Positions 49,274 to 58,853 of a stretch of DNA of 64,000 nt are shown in pieces; positions within the stretch are counted from its first letter, which is position 1, and each line of letters opens with the position of its first letter. The stretch comes from Candidatus Micrarchaeota archaeon (GTDB lineage: Archaea > Micrarchaeota > Micrarchaeia > Anstonellales > Bilamarchaeaceae). The notes under the pieces were generated by a model. The model was not told the origin of the DNA. It was given only the letters and a program-made list of their open reading frames with translations, and did not search any database. The position numbers were made by a program, and so were the translations under genes. Location: contig JAFGPA010000031.1 in NCBI GenBank assembly GCA_016926175.1, forward strand, positions 7,075 through 71,074, in the 5' to 3' direction.

Positions 49274-50569
49274 TCATTTTGGCTTATAGTGTCCCCATTT
49301 TTTCAATGCCAGTGCCAGTTGGGGGCTTTTCCCTGCCTTTTCTTCCAGCGTAATGCCATCCATCGTTGCTTCTATTGCCTGCATGGCAGCCTCTGCACCT
49401 GCCCTCGTCCCCTTTGGATGGCCGTGTATTCCTCCGCTCACAAGCAAAACGAGCTCATTGCCATAGATATTCATAACGTCCGGAACCAGACCCGGGTGCA
49501 GGCCTCCGGATGAAACCGGAAATGCACTTTTTATTTTTCCCCAGTTCTGATCCAGCAGAAGCTTGCCATGTGCCTTTACATGTTTTTCCCTGAGGGTATC
49601 GGCAATTGCCTTTGCTTCATCTTTTGTACCAACCAATTTTCCAACCGCAGTTCCGGAATGGATCTGCGAAACTCCAATAAGGCGCATTATTTTGGCAAGG
49701 AACTGCATCGTTATGCCGTGTTTTGGATTTCTGTCAAATGCCGCATGCATTGCACGGTGCGCATGGATTGCAAGGCCAAGATCAGAGCAATAGTCCCTCA
49801 AGGTATGGACCGATGCATTTCCTGTGACCACAACATCAATCATTGCATAATTCCATCCATATTCGGCAAGCATTTTTGCCCGTTTCTTCATTTCTTCGGT
49901 TTCAGCAGTAATATTGATGAATGCGGATTTTCTTTCTCCGGTCTCTTTTTCCGCCTTGTCCCGCATCCGGGCCATCATCTTTACCCGGTCTGAAAAACTA
50001 TTGAAGCTTGTTGAAGTAAGGTTCTCATCATCCTTTACAAAATCAAAACCGCCCATCCAGGTTTCATAGCCGATTTTTGCATGCTCTGCCGCACTAAATC
50101 CTATCTTCGGCTTTGGAACTGCTCCTGTCAGAGGCCTTTTGTATACTCCCATCATGCGCCTGATGCCATCATTCCCAAAATGGGGGCCTTTGAAATGCCT
50201 GATATAGCTTTGTGGCAGGGAAACGTCTATCAGCCTCAGATTCTTCACGGATTTCATGCCGAATATGTTTCCTGCTATGCCTGAAAGCAGCTGGCAAAGG
50301 TTGCCGTTTTCCCAGAGTCCGGACGGATATGCGACCCTGGCATAATTTCCATCAACATGATATGCAATTGACTGAAGCTTTTTCATCCTTGGAGGGAGCT
50401 TGTACAGAGTAGTCCAGGTACCTGTTGAACTCTCTGAAGCGATTCTTCCTATTGTTTCCTTGATAGTCATGCCTGCCATAGGTTCAAAATAAAACAAGCA
50501 TACAAGGTCGTCCTTTGCAGGCGAATATTTAAAATCTACAAATTCACCATACCAGTCTATTTTTGCCAT
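49274..50569 (-). CDS. rbcL: RuBisCO large subunit, form III
   Basis: ESSTGTW, KPKIG, DFVKDDEN, HAHRAMH, QIHSGT..GK, SSGGLHPG, GGIHGHP. Confidence 0.96.
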   Translation of the reverse strand: MAKIDWYGEFVDFKYSPAKDDLVCLFYFEPMAGMTIKETIGRIASESSTGTWTTLYKLPPRMKKLQSIAYHVDGNYARVAYPSGLWENGNLCQLLSGIAGNIFGMKSVKNLRLIDVSLPQSYIRHFKGPHFGNDGIRRMMGVYKRPLTGAVPKPKIGFSAAEHAKIGYETWMGGFDFVKDDENLTSTSFNSFSDRVKMMARMRDKAEKETGERKSAFINITAETEEMKKRAKMLAEYGWNYAMIDVVVTGNASVHTLRDYCSDLGLAIHAHRAMHAAFDRNPKHGITMQFLAKIMRLIGVSQIHSGTAVGKLVGTKDEAKAIADTLREKHVKAHGKLLLDQNWGKIKSAFPVSSGGLHPGLVPDVMNIYGNELVLLVSGGIHGHPKGTRAGAEAAMQAIEATMDGITLEEKAGKSPQLALALKKWGHYKPK

Positions 50570-50600
50570 GCATCTAAGAATCAGATAAAAAATATAAACC

Positions 50601-51002
50601 TCATGTACGCTTTTTTTCCATCTGCCGCAACGCGTCCAAAGGCAGAAGAGCGCATTTCATTCTTGAAGGATTTTTGGAAAGATCTATTTTCAAAAGCTTG
50701 AGAACATCGTCTTTTTCTATTTCTTTTATCTCTTCAATAGTTTTCCCTTTCAGGTACTCTGTGAACAACGAAGCGCTTGCCTGGCTTATAACACATCCTT
50801 TTCCGATGAACGTTGCATTCTCCACTTTTCCATTTTCCATCTTCAGAAAAAGAGTTATCATATCCCCGCAGACAGCATTATAGACATGTGCCTTATATTC
50901 TGTTTCCATCTCTCCGTAGTTTTTCGGATTCTTGTAAAGTTCTATAAGGAATTCCCGGTAGATGTCCATGAGATCACTTGAATAGTTTTTTGGCCTTGCC
51001 AA
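50601..51002 (-). CDS. sufU: SufU/IscU-like scaffold
   Basis: NAVCGD, GKGCVISQASAS, RMKCALL. Real start may be about 50969. Confidence 0.92.
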   Translation of the reverse strand: MARPKNYSSDLMDIYREFLIELYKNPKNYGEMETEYKAHVYNAVCGDMITLFLKMENGKVENATFIGKGCVISQASASLFTEYLKGKTIEEIKEIEKDDVLKLLKIDLSKNPSRMKCALLPLDALRQMEKKRT

Positions 51003-52170
51003 GGGATTCTGCCAGCAAGTCTATCTCCTCTTTTTTGTTGTAGATGTAAAGGCTGGCCCTTGTGCTTGCCACGATTTTCAGCCTGTTGTGCAATGGCATT
51101 GCACAGTGATGCCCGCTGCGCACGCAGATGTTATCCTCATTGAGTATTGCAGCGACATCGTGAGGATGCACATTGTCAAGCGTGAATGCGGCCAAAGGCC
51201 CTCTTTTGTTTACATCCATGGGCCCTAGAATATCAAGGGCTTCCACTTCGCCGAGCCTCTTGAGCATGTAAGCAGTAAGTTTTTTCTCATATTCCTGAAT
51301 ACCATCAAAGCCTATTTTTTCCAGATAGTCAATTGCCACTGACAAGCCTGCAACAGCTTCCGGATTCGGGGTTCCTGATTCGAATTTGTGCGGTATTGAA
51401 TTCCAGGTGGATTTTTCCTTTGTGACCTCCCGGATCATTTCGCTTCCATAAAAGAACGGATCCATTTTCTCAAGCAGTTCCTCTTTGCCATAGAGTACTC
51501 CAACCCCAAACGGGGCAAGCATCTTATGGCCCGAAAAGCCAAGAAAATCGCAGCCGATATCCTTTACATCTGTTTTGTTGGAAGGCACATACTGCGCCCC
51601 GTCAACAAAGCATACTGCGCCTTCATCATGGGCCATGGCGGATATTTTCCTTACGTCATTCTTTGTGCCAAGGACATTTGATGCTGCGCTCACTGCAACA
51701 AAATCCGCACCTTTTATTTTCTTTTCAAGATCGGCTTGGTCCAATAGCCCTTCATCCGTGATGTCAACAACCTGGAACTCAGCACCTGTTTTCTGCGCAA
51801 GGACCTGCCACGGCACAAAATTGCTGTGATGGTCCATTGCAGTGACAACAATTTTTTTCCTTATGAATTTCTCATAGCCGCGCATTACAAGGTTGCAGCC
51901 TTCTGTCGTGTTCTTTGTGAAAATCACTTCATTGGGATTTGAGTTGATGAATGCGGCGGTTTTTTCCCTGGTTGCCTCATATGACATGGTGGCTTCTTCT
52001 GCCAGGGTGTAAAGCCCGCGGGCAATGTTGCTGTTCCTTTTTTTGTAGAAGTCGCAGATCTCATCGATTACCTGAATGGGCTTCTGGGTTGTTGCTGCAG
52101 AATCAAGATAGACTACAGTTTCAAGAATCGGAAAGTCCTTTCTTATTTTTTCAATATTCATAGCCATCAT
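50974..52170 (-). CDS. sufS: Cysteine desulfurase
   Basis: YLDSAATTQKP, FSGHKM, RSGHHCA. Confidence 0.96.
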   Translation of the reverse strand: MMAMNIEKIRKDFPILETVVYLDSAATTQKPIQVIDEICDFYKKRNSNIARGLYTLAEEATMSYEATREKTAAFINSNPNEVIFTKNTTEGCNLVMRGYEKFIRKKIVVTAMDHHSNFVPWQVLAQKTGAEFQVVDITDEGLLDQADLEKKIKGADFVAVSAASNVLGTKNDVRKISAMAHDEGAVCFVDGAQYVPSNKTDVKDIGCDFLGFSGHKMLAPFGVGVLYGKEELLEKMDPFFYGSEMIREVTKEKSTWNSIPHKFESGTPNPEAVAGLSVAIDYLEKIGFDGIQEYEKKLTAYMLKRLGEVEALDILGPMDVNKRGPLAAFTLDNVHPHDVAAILNEDNICVRSGHHCAMPLHNRLKIVASTRASLYIYNKKEEIDLLAESLGKAKKLFK

Positions 52171-52889
52171 TTCAGTATTGATGAATATCCTGCTTCCTCA
52201 ATTTTATTCGCAAGCAATGCATCGCCCGACTGCACTATCCTGCCGTTTGCAAGAATATGAACCCTGTCTGGTTTGATATATTTTAGTATTCTTGGATAAT
52301 GGGTGATGATGATGAACGCCCGTGAACCGTCATTTAGTCCGGAAATTGCATTGGCAATAAGCTTTATTCCGTCAACATCAAGACCGGAATCGACCTCATC
52401 AAGTATTATCATCTTCGGTTTAAGCGAAAGCATCTGAAGTATCTCTGACCTTTTTTTCTCTCCGCCTGAAAAGCCGACATTCAGTTCCCGGGTGACAAAA
52501 CTTTTGTCCATCCCAAGCTTCTCTGCATTTGCAACCAGCTCATCCTGGATTTTTATCATTTCATCGAGATCGCCATCATTTGCCAGCGCTTTTCTTATAA
52601 CATTGCTTACTTTGACCCCTTCAATTTCCTCGGGAAACTGAAACGCAAGAAACAATCCGGCCTTTGCCCTTTCATCGGCAGCCAGATTCACAAGCTCCTT
52701 TGAATCAAGTTTGATGCTCCCGGAAACTTTCAGCTTTGGATGACCCATCAGTGCTTCAGCAAATGAACTTTTGCCGGCGCCGTTCGGGCCCATGAGTGCA
52801 TGAATCTCGCCGGGCATTATTCTAAGGTCAATTCCTTTGAGAATCTCCCTGTCATCTGCGAATACTTTTAAGTGCGAAATCTCAAACAT
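52167..52889 (-). CDS. sufC: Fe-S assembly ATPase
   Basis: GPNGAGKS, FLAFQFP, NVGFSGGEKKR, DSGLDVD. Confidence 0.96.
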   Translation of the reverse strand: MFEISHLKVFADDREILKGIDLRIMPGEIHALMGPNGAGKSSFAEALMGHPKLKVSGSIKLDSKELVNLAADERAKAGLFLAFQFPEEIEGVKVSNVIRKALANDGDLDEMIKIQDELVANAEKLGMDKSFVTRELNVGFSGGEKKRSEILQMLSLKPKMIILDEVDSGLDVDGIKLIANAISGLNDGSRAFIIITHYPRILKYIKPDRVHILANGRIVQSGDALLANKIEEAGYSSILK

Positions 52890-52926
52890 TGATGATTTGT
52901 TGGGGGAAAACATTTATAAAAGGAAT

Positions 52927-52940
52927 TTAGGTCTGCCTAA
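52927..52940. promoter_or_regulatory. DtxR/IdeR/MntR-type operator TTAGG-tctg-CCTAA
   Basis: Palindrome between the divergent sufC (TATA 52913-52920) and sufB promoters. Confidence 0.7.
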
Positions 52941-52971
52941 CTATTTAAACTTTGGCAGAAATAATCAGAGA

Positions 52972-54360
52972 ATGGAGGATCTTTTCAGCTATAAAAAATA
53001 TCAGAAAAGCGACGATATCCGATATAAACTCATTACAAAAAAAGGCCTTGACAAGAATATAGTAAAAACCATTTCAGAAATAAAGGAAGAGCCGGAATGG
53101 ATGGCTGCGCTCAGGCTAAAGGCATATGAAGTTTTCATGAAAAAGCCCATGCCAAAATGGGGCCCTGACCTGAGCAGTATAGATTTTGACGATCTCCACT
53201 ACTATGCCAGCCCTGTAGATGGGAAAACAGATGTCTGGGAGGATGTACCTGAAGAGATAAAGAAAACGTTTGACCGTATAGGGGTCTCTGAGGCAGAAAG
53301 AAAATTCCTTGGCGGCTCAACTGCACAGTATGATTCCGAAGTCGTCTACCATAACCTGAAAAAGGAATGGGAGGACCTTGGAGTTGTTTTCCTTGACATG
53401 GATTCCGGCCTGAAGGAATATCCTGAGATCGTGAAAAAATATTTTGGAACCGTAGTGCCTGTTACCGACAATAAATTCGCTGCACTGAATTCAGCTGTCT
53501 GGTCAGGAGGAAGCTTCATTTATGTTCCAGCGGGGGTGGAAGTGAAAATTCCGCTGCAGGCATATTTCAGGATCAATGTCAGGGATGTCGGGCAATTTGA
53601 AAGAACAATGATAATAGCGGAAGAAGGCTCAAAAGTCTCATATATTGAAGGCTGTTCTGCACCCATATATTCTTCAGGATCCTTGCATTCTGCAGTTGTT
53701 GAGATAATTGCAAAAAGGAACTCCTACATAAGATATACCACGATACAGAACTGGTCAGATAATGTTTACAACCTTGTCACCAAACGCTCTCATGCTTATG
53801 ATAACGCAGCTGTTGAATGGATTGATGGAAACATAGGCTCCAGGATTACCATGAAATATCCCGCAATAATTCTCAAAGGAGAAGGCGCAAGGGGGGAAGT
53901 GATATCTGTTGCTTATGCAGGAAAGGGCCAGATTCAGGACACTGGCGCAAAAATAATCCATCAGGCTTCCAATACCACCTCCAGGATCATTTCAAAGGGG
54001 ATCGTCCAGAATGGAGGAAAAAGCGCCTACCGTGGACTTGTAAAGGTGCTTAACGGGGCAAAGAACTGCAAGGCATTCGTACAATGCGACGCATACCTGC
54101 TTGATGAAGAATCAGTTTCAGATACCTATCCTACGATTGAAATTGACGACGACAGCACCACAATAGGCCATGAAGCAAAAGTCGGCAAAATAGCTGATGA
54201 TAAATTATTTTATCTTATGAGCCGGGGGTTCCCGGAAAAAGAGGCAATGAAAATGGTTGTTCTTGGATTTATGGAAACATTCACAAGAGAACTGCCGATG
54301 GAGTACGCAATTGAGCTTAACAGGCTGGTTGAAATGCAGCTGGAAGGCGCGGTTGGTTAA
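52972..54360 (+). CDS. sufB: Fe-S assembly protein SufB
   Basis: KFAALNSAVWSGGSF, GQFERT, EGCSAP, LHSAVVE, HEAKVGKI, LPMEYA. Confidence 0.97.
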   Translation: MEDLFSYKKYQKSDDIRYKLITKKGLDKNIVKTISEIKEEPEWMAALRLKAYEVFMKKPMPKWGPDLSSIDFDDLHYYASPVDGKTDVWEDVPEEIKKTFDRIGVSEAERKFLGGSTAQYDSEVVYHNLKKEWEDLGVVFLDMDSGLKEYPEIVKKYFGTVVPVTDNKFAALNSAVWSGGSFIYVPAGVEVKIPLQAYFRINVRDVGQFERTMIIAEEGSKVSYIEGCSAPIYSSGSLHSAVVEIIAKRNSYIRYTTIQNWSDNVYNLVTKRSHAYDNAAVEWIDGNIGSRITMKYPAIILKGEGARGEVISVAYAGKGQIQDTGAKIIHQASNTTSRIISKGIVQNGGKSAYRGLVKVLNGAKNCKAFVQCDAYLLDEESVSDTYPTIEIDDDSTTIGHEAKVGKIADDKLFYLMSRGFPEKEAMKMVVLGFMETFTRELPMEYAIELNRLVEMQLEGAVG

Positions 54361-55067
54361 ACGTCACTGAACATGTAAAGATTTTCAGAGCCGTATGATA
54401 AATGAAATGCCCCGTTAATACCTGTTTTTGGTGAAATGTAAAGCCTGTAGGCCCTTTCATCTTCGCCAGCTATAATAAGAGTATAATCCCTGTCCGCCTC
54501 ATCACTAAAGCGTACAATGAATTTAACTTTTTCTGCAAATTTCTTGCAGCTGAAATCATCGCAGTGGCAAAGCGCAAGCTTTTCCCTGAAATCCTCAATC
54601 CCGGAATAAGAGAATTTTGCTGGCAACTGCATTGCCTGTTTTGCAACTGACTGGATAGTTCCAAGTTCTCCAGTTGTAATTGCACTGAGGTACATTCTTT
54701 TGCCTTCATTGTCCAGTATGCATCTTTTCCTGAAATCAACAGACATAAGGCCCGGGGCAATTTCATAGATATTTTCCGGAGATTTATTGGTAAGCACAAA
54801 AAGGCTGCCTCTTGTTCTCAGGGCAATGAACCTGAAGCCCTTTACTTCAAGCGATGTCATGCCCTTGAGATGATCAACAAATGCACGGTAGTTGAGTCCT
54901 ATGCCTTCATCGTGAATGACTTTGCAGGATGCCAGTTTGGCCCGTATTTCGCTCAATTTGCTTCTGGAAAGGTCCAGGCCGTCAAGTGCAGGATCGGGCA
55001 AATGCAATGCCGCAGTGGATTCTGTTTTGTCTTCTCCGGGCCTGCTTTTTGTTTTACTTCCAGTCAT
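54357..55067 (-). CDS. Hypothetical protein inserted between sufB and sufD
   Basis: 236-aa ORF with possible internal duplication. Confidence 0.65.
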   Translation of the reverse strand: MTGSKTKSRPGEDKTESTAALHLPDPALDGLDLSRSKLSEIRAKLASCKVIHDEGIGLNYRAFVDHLKGMTSLEVKGFRFIALRTRGSLFVLTNKSPENIYEIAPGLMSVDFRKRCILDNEGKRMYLSAITTGELGTIQSVAKQAMQLPAKFSYSGIEDFREKLALCHCDDFSCKKFAEKVKFIVRFSDEADRDYTLIIAGEDERAYRLYISPKTGINGAFHLSYGSENLYMFSDV

Positions 55068-55149
55068 AACTATTTTTTATAACATATAGAATATAAATGT
55101 TTCCATCCCGCTGGATAGGATTATTAAATCAGAACCGCAAATATCTCTC

Positions 55150-55908
55150 ATGGATTTTTCCGGAGATGCAGAGATCGAAGTGCATAATAATTCTGAGGAA
55201 ACCATAATAATCAAACCTCTGGCAAAGACAAATGTCAGAATAAGGATAGGCAGCAACTGCAAAGTCAGCACATATATGATACAGGAAGAAAAAACAGATG
55301 CCGTCCAGGTAAATCATGTAGGCGAGGGTTCTGTTTTGCTTTCCCACTGCCTCTGGCTTAAAGGAGGAAAGGGAAGGGTGGAAAGCATACTCGAGGGAAA
55401 CCGGTCAGAAGCGCATGGCCTGCACATTTTTGTTGAAAAGGAAACGTTCCGCCTTAATACCGTTCTGAGACATATGGGAAAGGACACAAAAGGCGGCATT
55501 CTTGTCAAGGGTGTTGTAAAAGACATGGGCTCTGCAACACTTGATGGAATGATAAAAATAGACAAGAGCGGCTCAGGTGCAGATTCCATACTGAAAGAAC
55601 ATGTGATGCTTTTGAATCCAGGAGCTCATGCAGTAGCAAACCCGGATCTTGAAATTGAAAACAATAATGTAAGCTCAACCCATGCTGCAACGGTTTCACA
55701 GATAGACGACAACAAATTATTTTACCTGGAATCGCGTGGAATTGAAATCCGGGATGCCAAAGTACTTATTGTGAGTGGATTTCTTGAGTCTGGAATAAAC
55801 AATATAAAAGACGGGGAAATGCGAACGGAATTCCTGCAAAAAACATCAGAAAGCCTTGGCTATTCAGATAAGCATGAAAAAACACAGGACAAAAAGCAGG
55901 ACTCCTGA
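55150..55908 (+). CDS. sufD: Short SufD-like protein
   Basis: PDLEIENNNVSSTHAATV, LFYLESRGI..A..LIV.GF. Confidence 0.88.
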   Translation: MDFSGDAEIEVHNNSEETIIIKPLAKTNVRIRIGSNCKVSTYMIQEEKTDAVQVNHVGEGSVLLSHCLWLKGGKGRVESILEGNRSEAHGLHIFVEKETFRLNTVLRHMGKDTKGGILVKGVVKDMGSATLDGMIKIDKSGSGADSILKEHVMLLNPGAHAVANPDLEIENNNVSSTHAATVSQIDDNKLFYLESRGIEIRDAKVLIVSGFLESGINNIKDGEMRTEFLQKTSESLGYSDKHEKTQDKKQDS

Positions 55909-55960
55909 AACAGGGCTGGTCTTCTTTATGCAAATTGCGGAAGCCGGATCTTTAAAGCGG

Positions 55961-56833
55961 CTATGGAATCAGGCATATATTGCCAAAGCACTGGCCAGGC
56001 TCATAACAGAACATATGATCATCCTCAACACAGCACGGGCCATTCAAATAGCCGCAGCCAATGCGTTCAATGAAAACTTCTGTCACAATATAGAAATCGT
56101 TTATTCTGGCTGCCCCAACACCGGCCTCAGTATATTTTTCATTAAGAATATTTTCCCTGTGCAGCGGACTTTCCATCCACCCGGTTACAATTGATTTTTC
56201 AAGTTCAGCCTGTGAAAGATAGCTGAAATTCCATTTTACCCTTTGGGTCTGGTTTGCAAGCACAAGCCGTTTTTCAAGTTCTGCAGAAACATTTTCAATA
56301 TATCTGTCCAGTTTCATGCAATCGGCCTCATCAGCATCATAAGTTGTTCTCCGGTACCATGTGGAGACCAGAATTATATTCTCACCTGATAAAAGAAAGT
56401 AATTGATGGACTGGTTTTTCAGGCGCTCGGCATGAGTTTCGCCGGATACAAAGCCTTCGTGGTGTATCATAGGATAATAGCAAAGCATATCCTGCTCCGT
56501 CAGCAGGGCGTTCTCTTCTGCAAGCTTCCGGCTGTGTTCTCTTGCAACAGATGAGATTTCATCATTCCATGCAAGTTCCGACAATCCGTTCCCGGATCTT
56601 TGCAGATTTACAAGCGCATGGATATTTTTCTCAATTATGCCAGTTTCAGGATCTTTCCAGACATATTCTTCAGCTGGATTTTCCTGCTGCACTCCCGGAG
56701 CAGACAGGATATCCGGCGGGGTTTCGGAGTAGGGCCGCGGTTTCGGACCCGGAAGAAAACCCGAAAGAACCGCTATGACAAGAAGGGCCAGCATTGCCAT
56801 GGCAATGATATTAATGGTTCTTTCAATCTGCAT
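55961..56833 (-). CDS. Membrane-anchored CAP/SCP domain protein
   Basis: LVNLQR, VAREHS, GENI, GWMESPLHRENIL; Cys-rich C-terminus. Confidence 0.9.
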   Translation of the reverse strand: MQIERTINIIAMAMLALLVIAVLSGFLPGPKPRPYSETPPDILSAPGVQQENPAEEYVWKDPETGIIEKNIHALVNLQRSGNGLSELAWNDEISSVAREHSRKLAEENALLTEQDMLCYYPMIHHEGFVSGETHAERLKNQSINYFLLSGENIILVSTWYRRTTYDADEADCMKLDRYIENVSAELEKRLVLANQTQRVKWNFSYLSQAELEKSIVTGWMESPLHRENILNEKYTEAGVGAARINDFYIVTEVFIERIGCGYLNGPCCVEDDHMFCYEPGQCFGNICLIP

Positions 56834-56930
56834 AATCAGATCAATAAATGAAGTTATTATAAAAAGGCGATATTGAGAAACAATGGCAAAAAAAGGATAT
56901 TTAATCTTATGCCCTCAAACTACACCAACT

Positions 56931-57722
56931 ATGCAGATACATAAAAGAAGATTGTCCATATTGGCAGAATCAAATCCAGGGCTTTCTGCAGATGAAGGAA
57001 TAATGAAAGCAAACGGAAGAAAAATCGCATCAAATATTGACATTACAAAATCTCTTTTCAGCAGAAATCACTTGATGATAAAAGATTCCCTTCCGTGCTG
57101 GACAGGAACTATGACTGCCTATGAAAAGCCAGACTTTGCATTTGAAAAAACGGTTGAATACAAAGACGGCGCCAAAAGATGGGTCTTTCGCATTCCTGAG
57201 GATTTCATTGGAGAGAAAAATGCAATAGCCATCTGCGAACATCCGGATTTCAAGCTTGAATTTGACGGAAACAGCAGGATTGTCCATCCGCTAAAGGCAG
57301 ATATTGTAAGGAATTTCCCTGCAGAAAACGGTTCATACAAATCAGACCCAGCCTATGATATTCCAATTGCAGAAAAAGCTGAATTTGCATCTGAGGAGGC
57401 CAGGTATCTGGCCAGAACAGAAAAAAGAGTAGGTCTTGTAAAAAGAGCTGCACTGTATGATGGCAATTCATTTGCAATAAGAAAAAACATTTCCCTGGAT
57501 TCCAGGCCGTCACAGCGGCTGGGCATTGCTGTGCATAATGAGGAAGGCGATCCGCCAGTAATACATTTCAAAAGGACACTTCAGGAATTCGTTGTTTTGC
57601 TTGAAGGCACGGATATTGAAGATTTCCGGAGAATTCTGGAAACTGCCAAAAAAGAGCTGGAGGGTATTCCTGAAAACCAGCTTGGTGCAATCCAGAAATT
57701 TATCAAGGCATTCCGAGAGTGA
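56931..57722 (+). CDS. Hypothetical protein, possible CLec-fold (DGR-target-like) family
   Basis: WTGTMTAYEKP...EHPD...FP..NG...RVGLVKR...RPSQRLGIAV (recalled resemblance). Confidence 0.55.
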   Translation: MQIHKRRLSILAESNPGLSADEGIMKANGRKIASNIDITKSLFSRNHLMIKDSLPCWTGTMTAYEKPDFAFEKTVEYKDGAKRWVFRIPEDFIGEKNAIAICEHPDFKLEFDGNSRIVHPLKADIVRNFPAENGSYKSDPAYDIPIAEKAEFASEEARYLARTEKRVGLVKRAALYDGNSFAIRKNISLDSRPSQRLGIAVHNEEGDPPVIHFKRTLQEFVVLLEGTDIEDFRRILETAKKELEGIPENQLGAIQKFIKAFRE

Positions 57723-57770
57723 TTTTTCAATAATTATCTTTTTAAACAGTTCTACACAAACATATGCTTT

Positions 57771-58817
57771 ATGAAACTAATTATACCAAAAGGCTATGTG
57801 CCAAAAATGGACGCCAAAACAACACATGGCGCTATCGAAAGAATCAAGGACGAATTCAGAGGCGCGCTTCTTGAGAATCTGAATCTTGTAAGGGCAAGCC
57901 ATGCAGTCGTTCTTCCTGCAGGAACCGGTGTCAATGATGATCTTAACGGTATTGAAAAGCCAGTGGAATTCGCAACTCCTGACGGGGTGAAATGGCAATT
58001 GCCCCAGTCGCTTGCAAAGTGGAAACGGCAGGCTTTGGCTGATTATGGGTACAAACCAGGAGAAGGAATCTGGACAGATATGACTGCTGTAAGGCCAGAT
58101 GACAGCAGAGGGCATTTTCATTCTGTTTATGTAGATCAGTGGGACTGGGAAAAAGTAATGGCTCCTGAAGAAAGAACAATAGAATTCCTTAAGGCAACCG
58201 TAAGAAAGATATATGCCGCAATCAAGAGAACAGCGGCAACAGTCGAGGGAAAATACGACCTCAGCGTAGGGCTTGCTCCTGAGATAACTTTCATTACAAC
58301 AGAAGAGCTTCATAAGGCATATCCGAAAATCAGCGGTTCCAAGGCCTTGGAAAATGAGATAGTAAGGGAAGCCCGTTCTGTATTTCTTATTGGAATCGGA
58401 TACCCGCTCAGGAACGGAGAGCCAGATCTGGAAGGGCAGCCGCACGATGGAAGAGCTCCGGATTATGATGACTGGAGCACTCCAAACAGCCTTGGAGGGC
58501 GGGGGCTTAATGGGGACATACTTGTATGGAATCCATTGTTTGAAATGGCATTGGAGCTTTCTTCCATGGGAATAAGGGTTAACAGGGAATCCCTTGTTGA
58601 ACAATGCAGAATAAGGGGATCTGAGGACAGGCTTGAACTTGAATTTCATAAAAGACTGCTCAACGGCGAACTTCCGCAGACAATAGGAGGCGGGGTGGGC
58701 CAGTCAAGGCTTTCAATGCTCTTGCTCCAAAAGGCGCACATCGGAGAGGTTCAGGTTGGGGCATGGCCGGCAGATATGAGAAGGGAACTTGCAGAACACG
58801 GAATCAGCCTCCTATGA
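57771..58817 (+). CDS. asnA: Aspartate-ammonia ligase (bacterial AsnA type)
   Basis: SLAKWKR, HSVYVDQWDWE, HDGRAPDYDDW, ELSSMGIRV, TIGGGVGQSRL. Confidence 0.97.
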   Translation: MKLIIPKGYVPKMDAKTTHGAIERIKDEFRGALLENLNLVRASHAVVLPAGTGVNDDLNGIEKPVEFATPDGVKWQLPQSLAKWKRQALADYGYKPGEGIWTDMTAVRPDDSRGHFHSVYVDQWDWEKVMAPEERTIEFLKATVRKIYAAIKRTAATVEGKYDLSVGLAPEITFITTEELHKAYPKISGSKALENEIVREARSVFLIGIGYPLRNGEPDLEGQPHDGRAPDYDDWSTPNSLGGRGLNGDILVWNPLFEMALELSSMGIRVNRESLVEQCRIRGSEDRLELEFHKRLLNGELPQTIGGGVGQSRLSMLLLQKAHIGEVQVGAWPADMRRELAEHGISLL

Positions 58818-58853
58818 TCATTTTTTTTATCCTTTTATTCCAAATACTGATCA

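Noticed and set aside
52837..52971. N-terminal extensions in the ORF track (sufB, also gltX, the antiporter and the 24003 methyltransferase)
   Set aside because: They overlap neighbouring genes or promoters; downstream ATGs fit the family N-termini and TATA spacing.
57777..58649. 290-aa antisense ORF over asnA
   Set aside because: Antisense shadow of a well-conserved gene with no motif.
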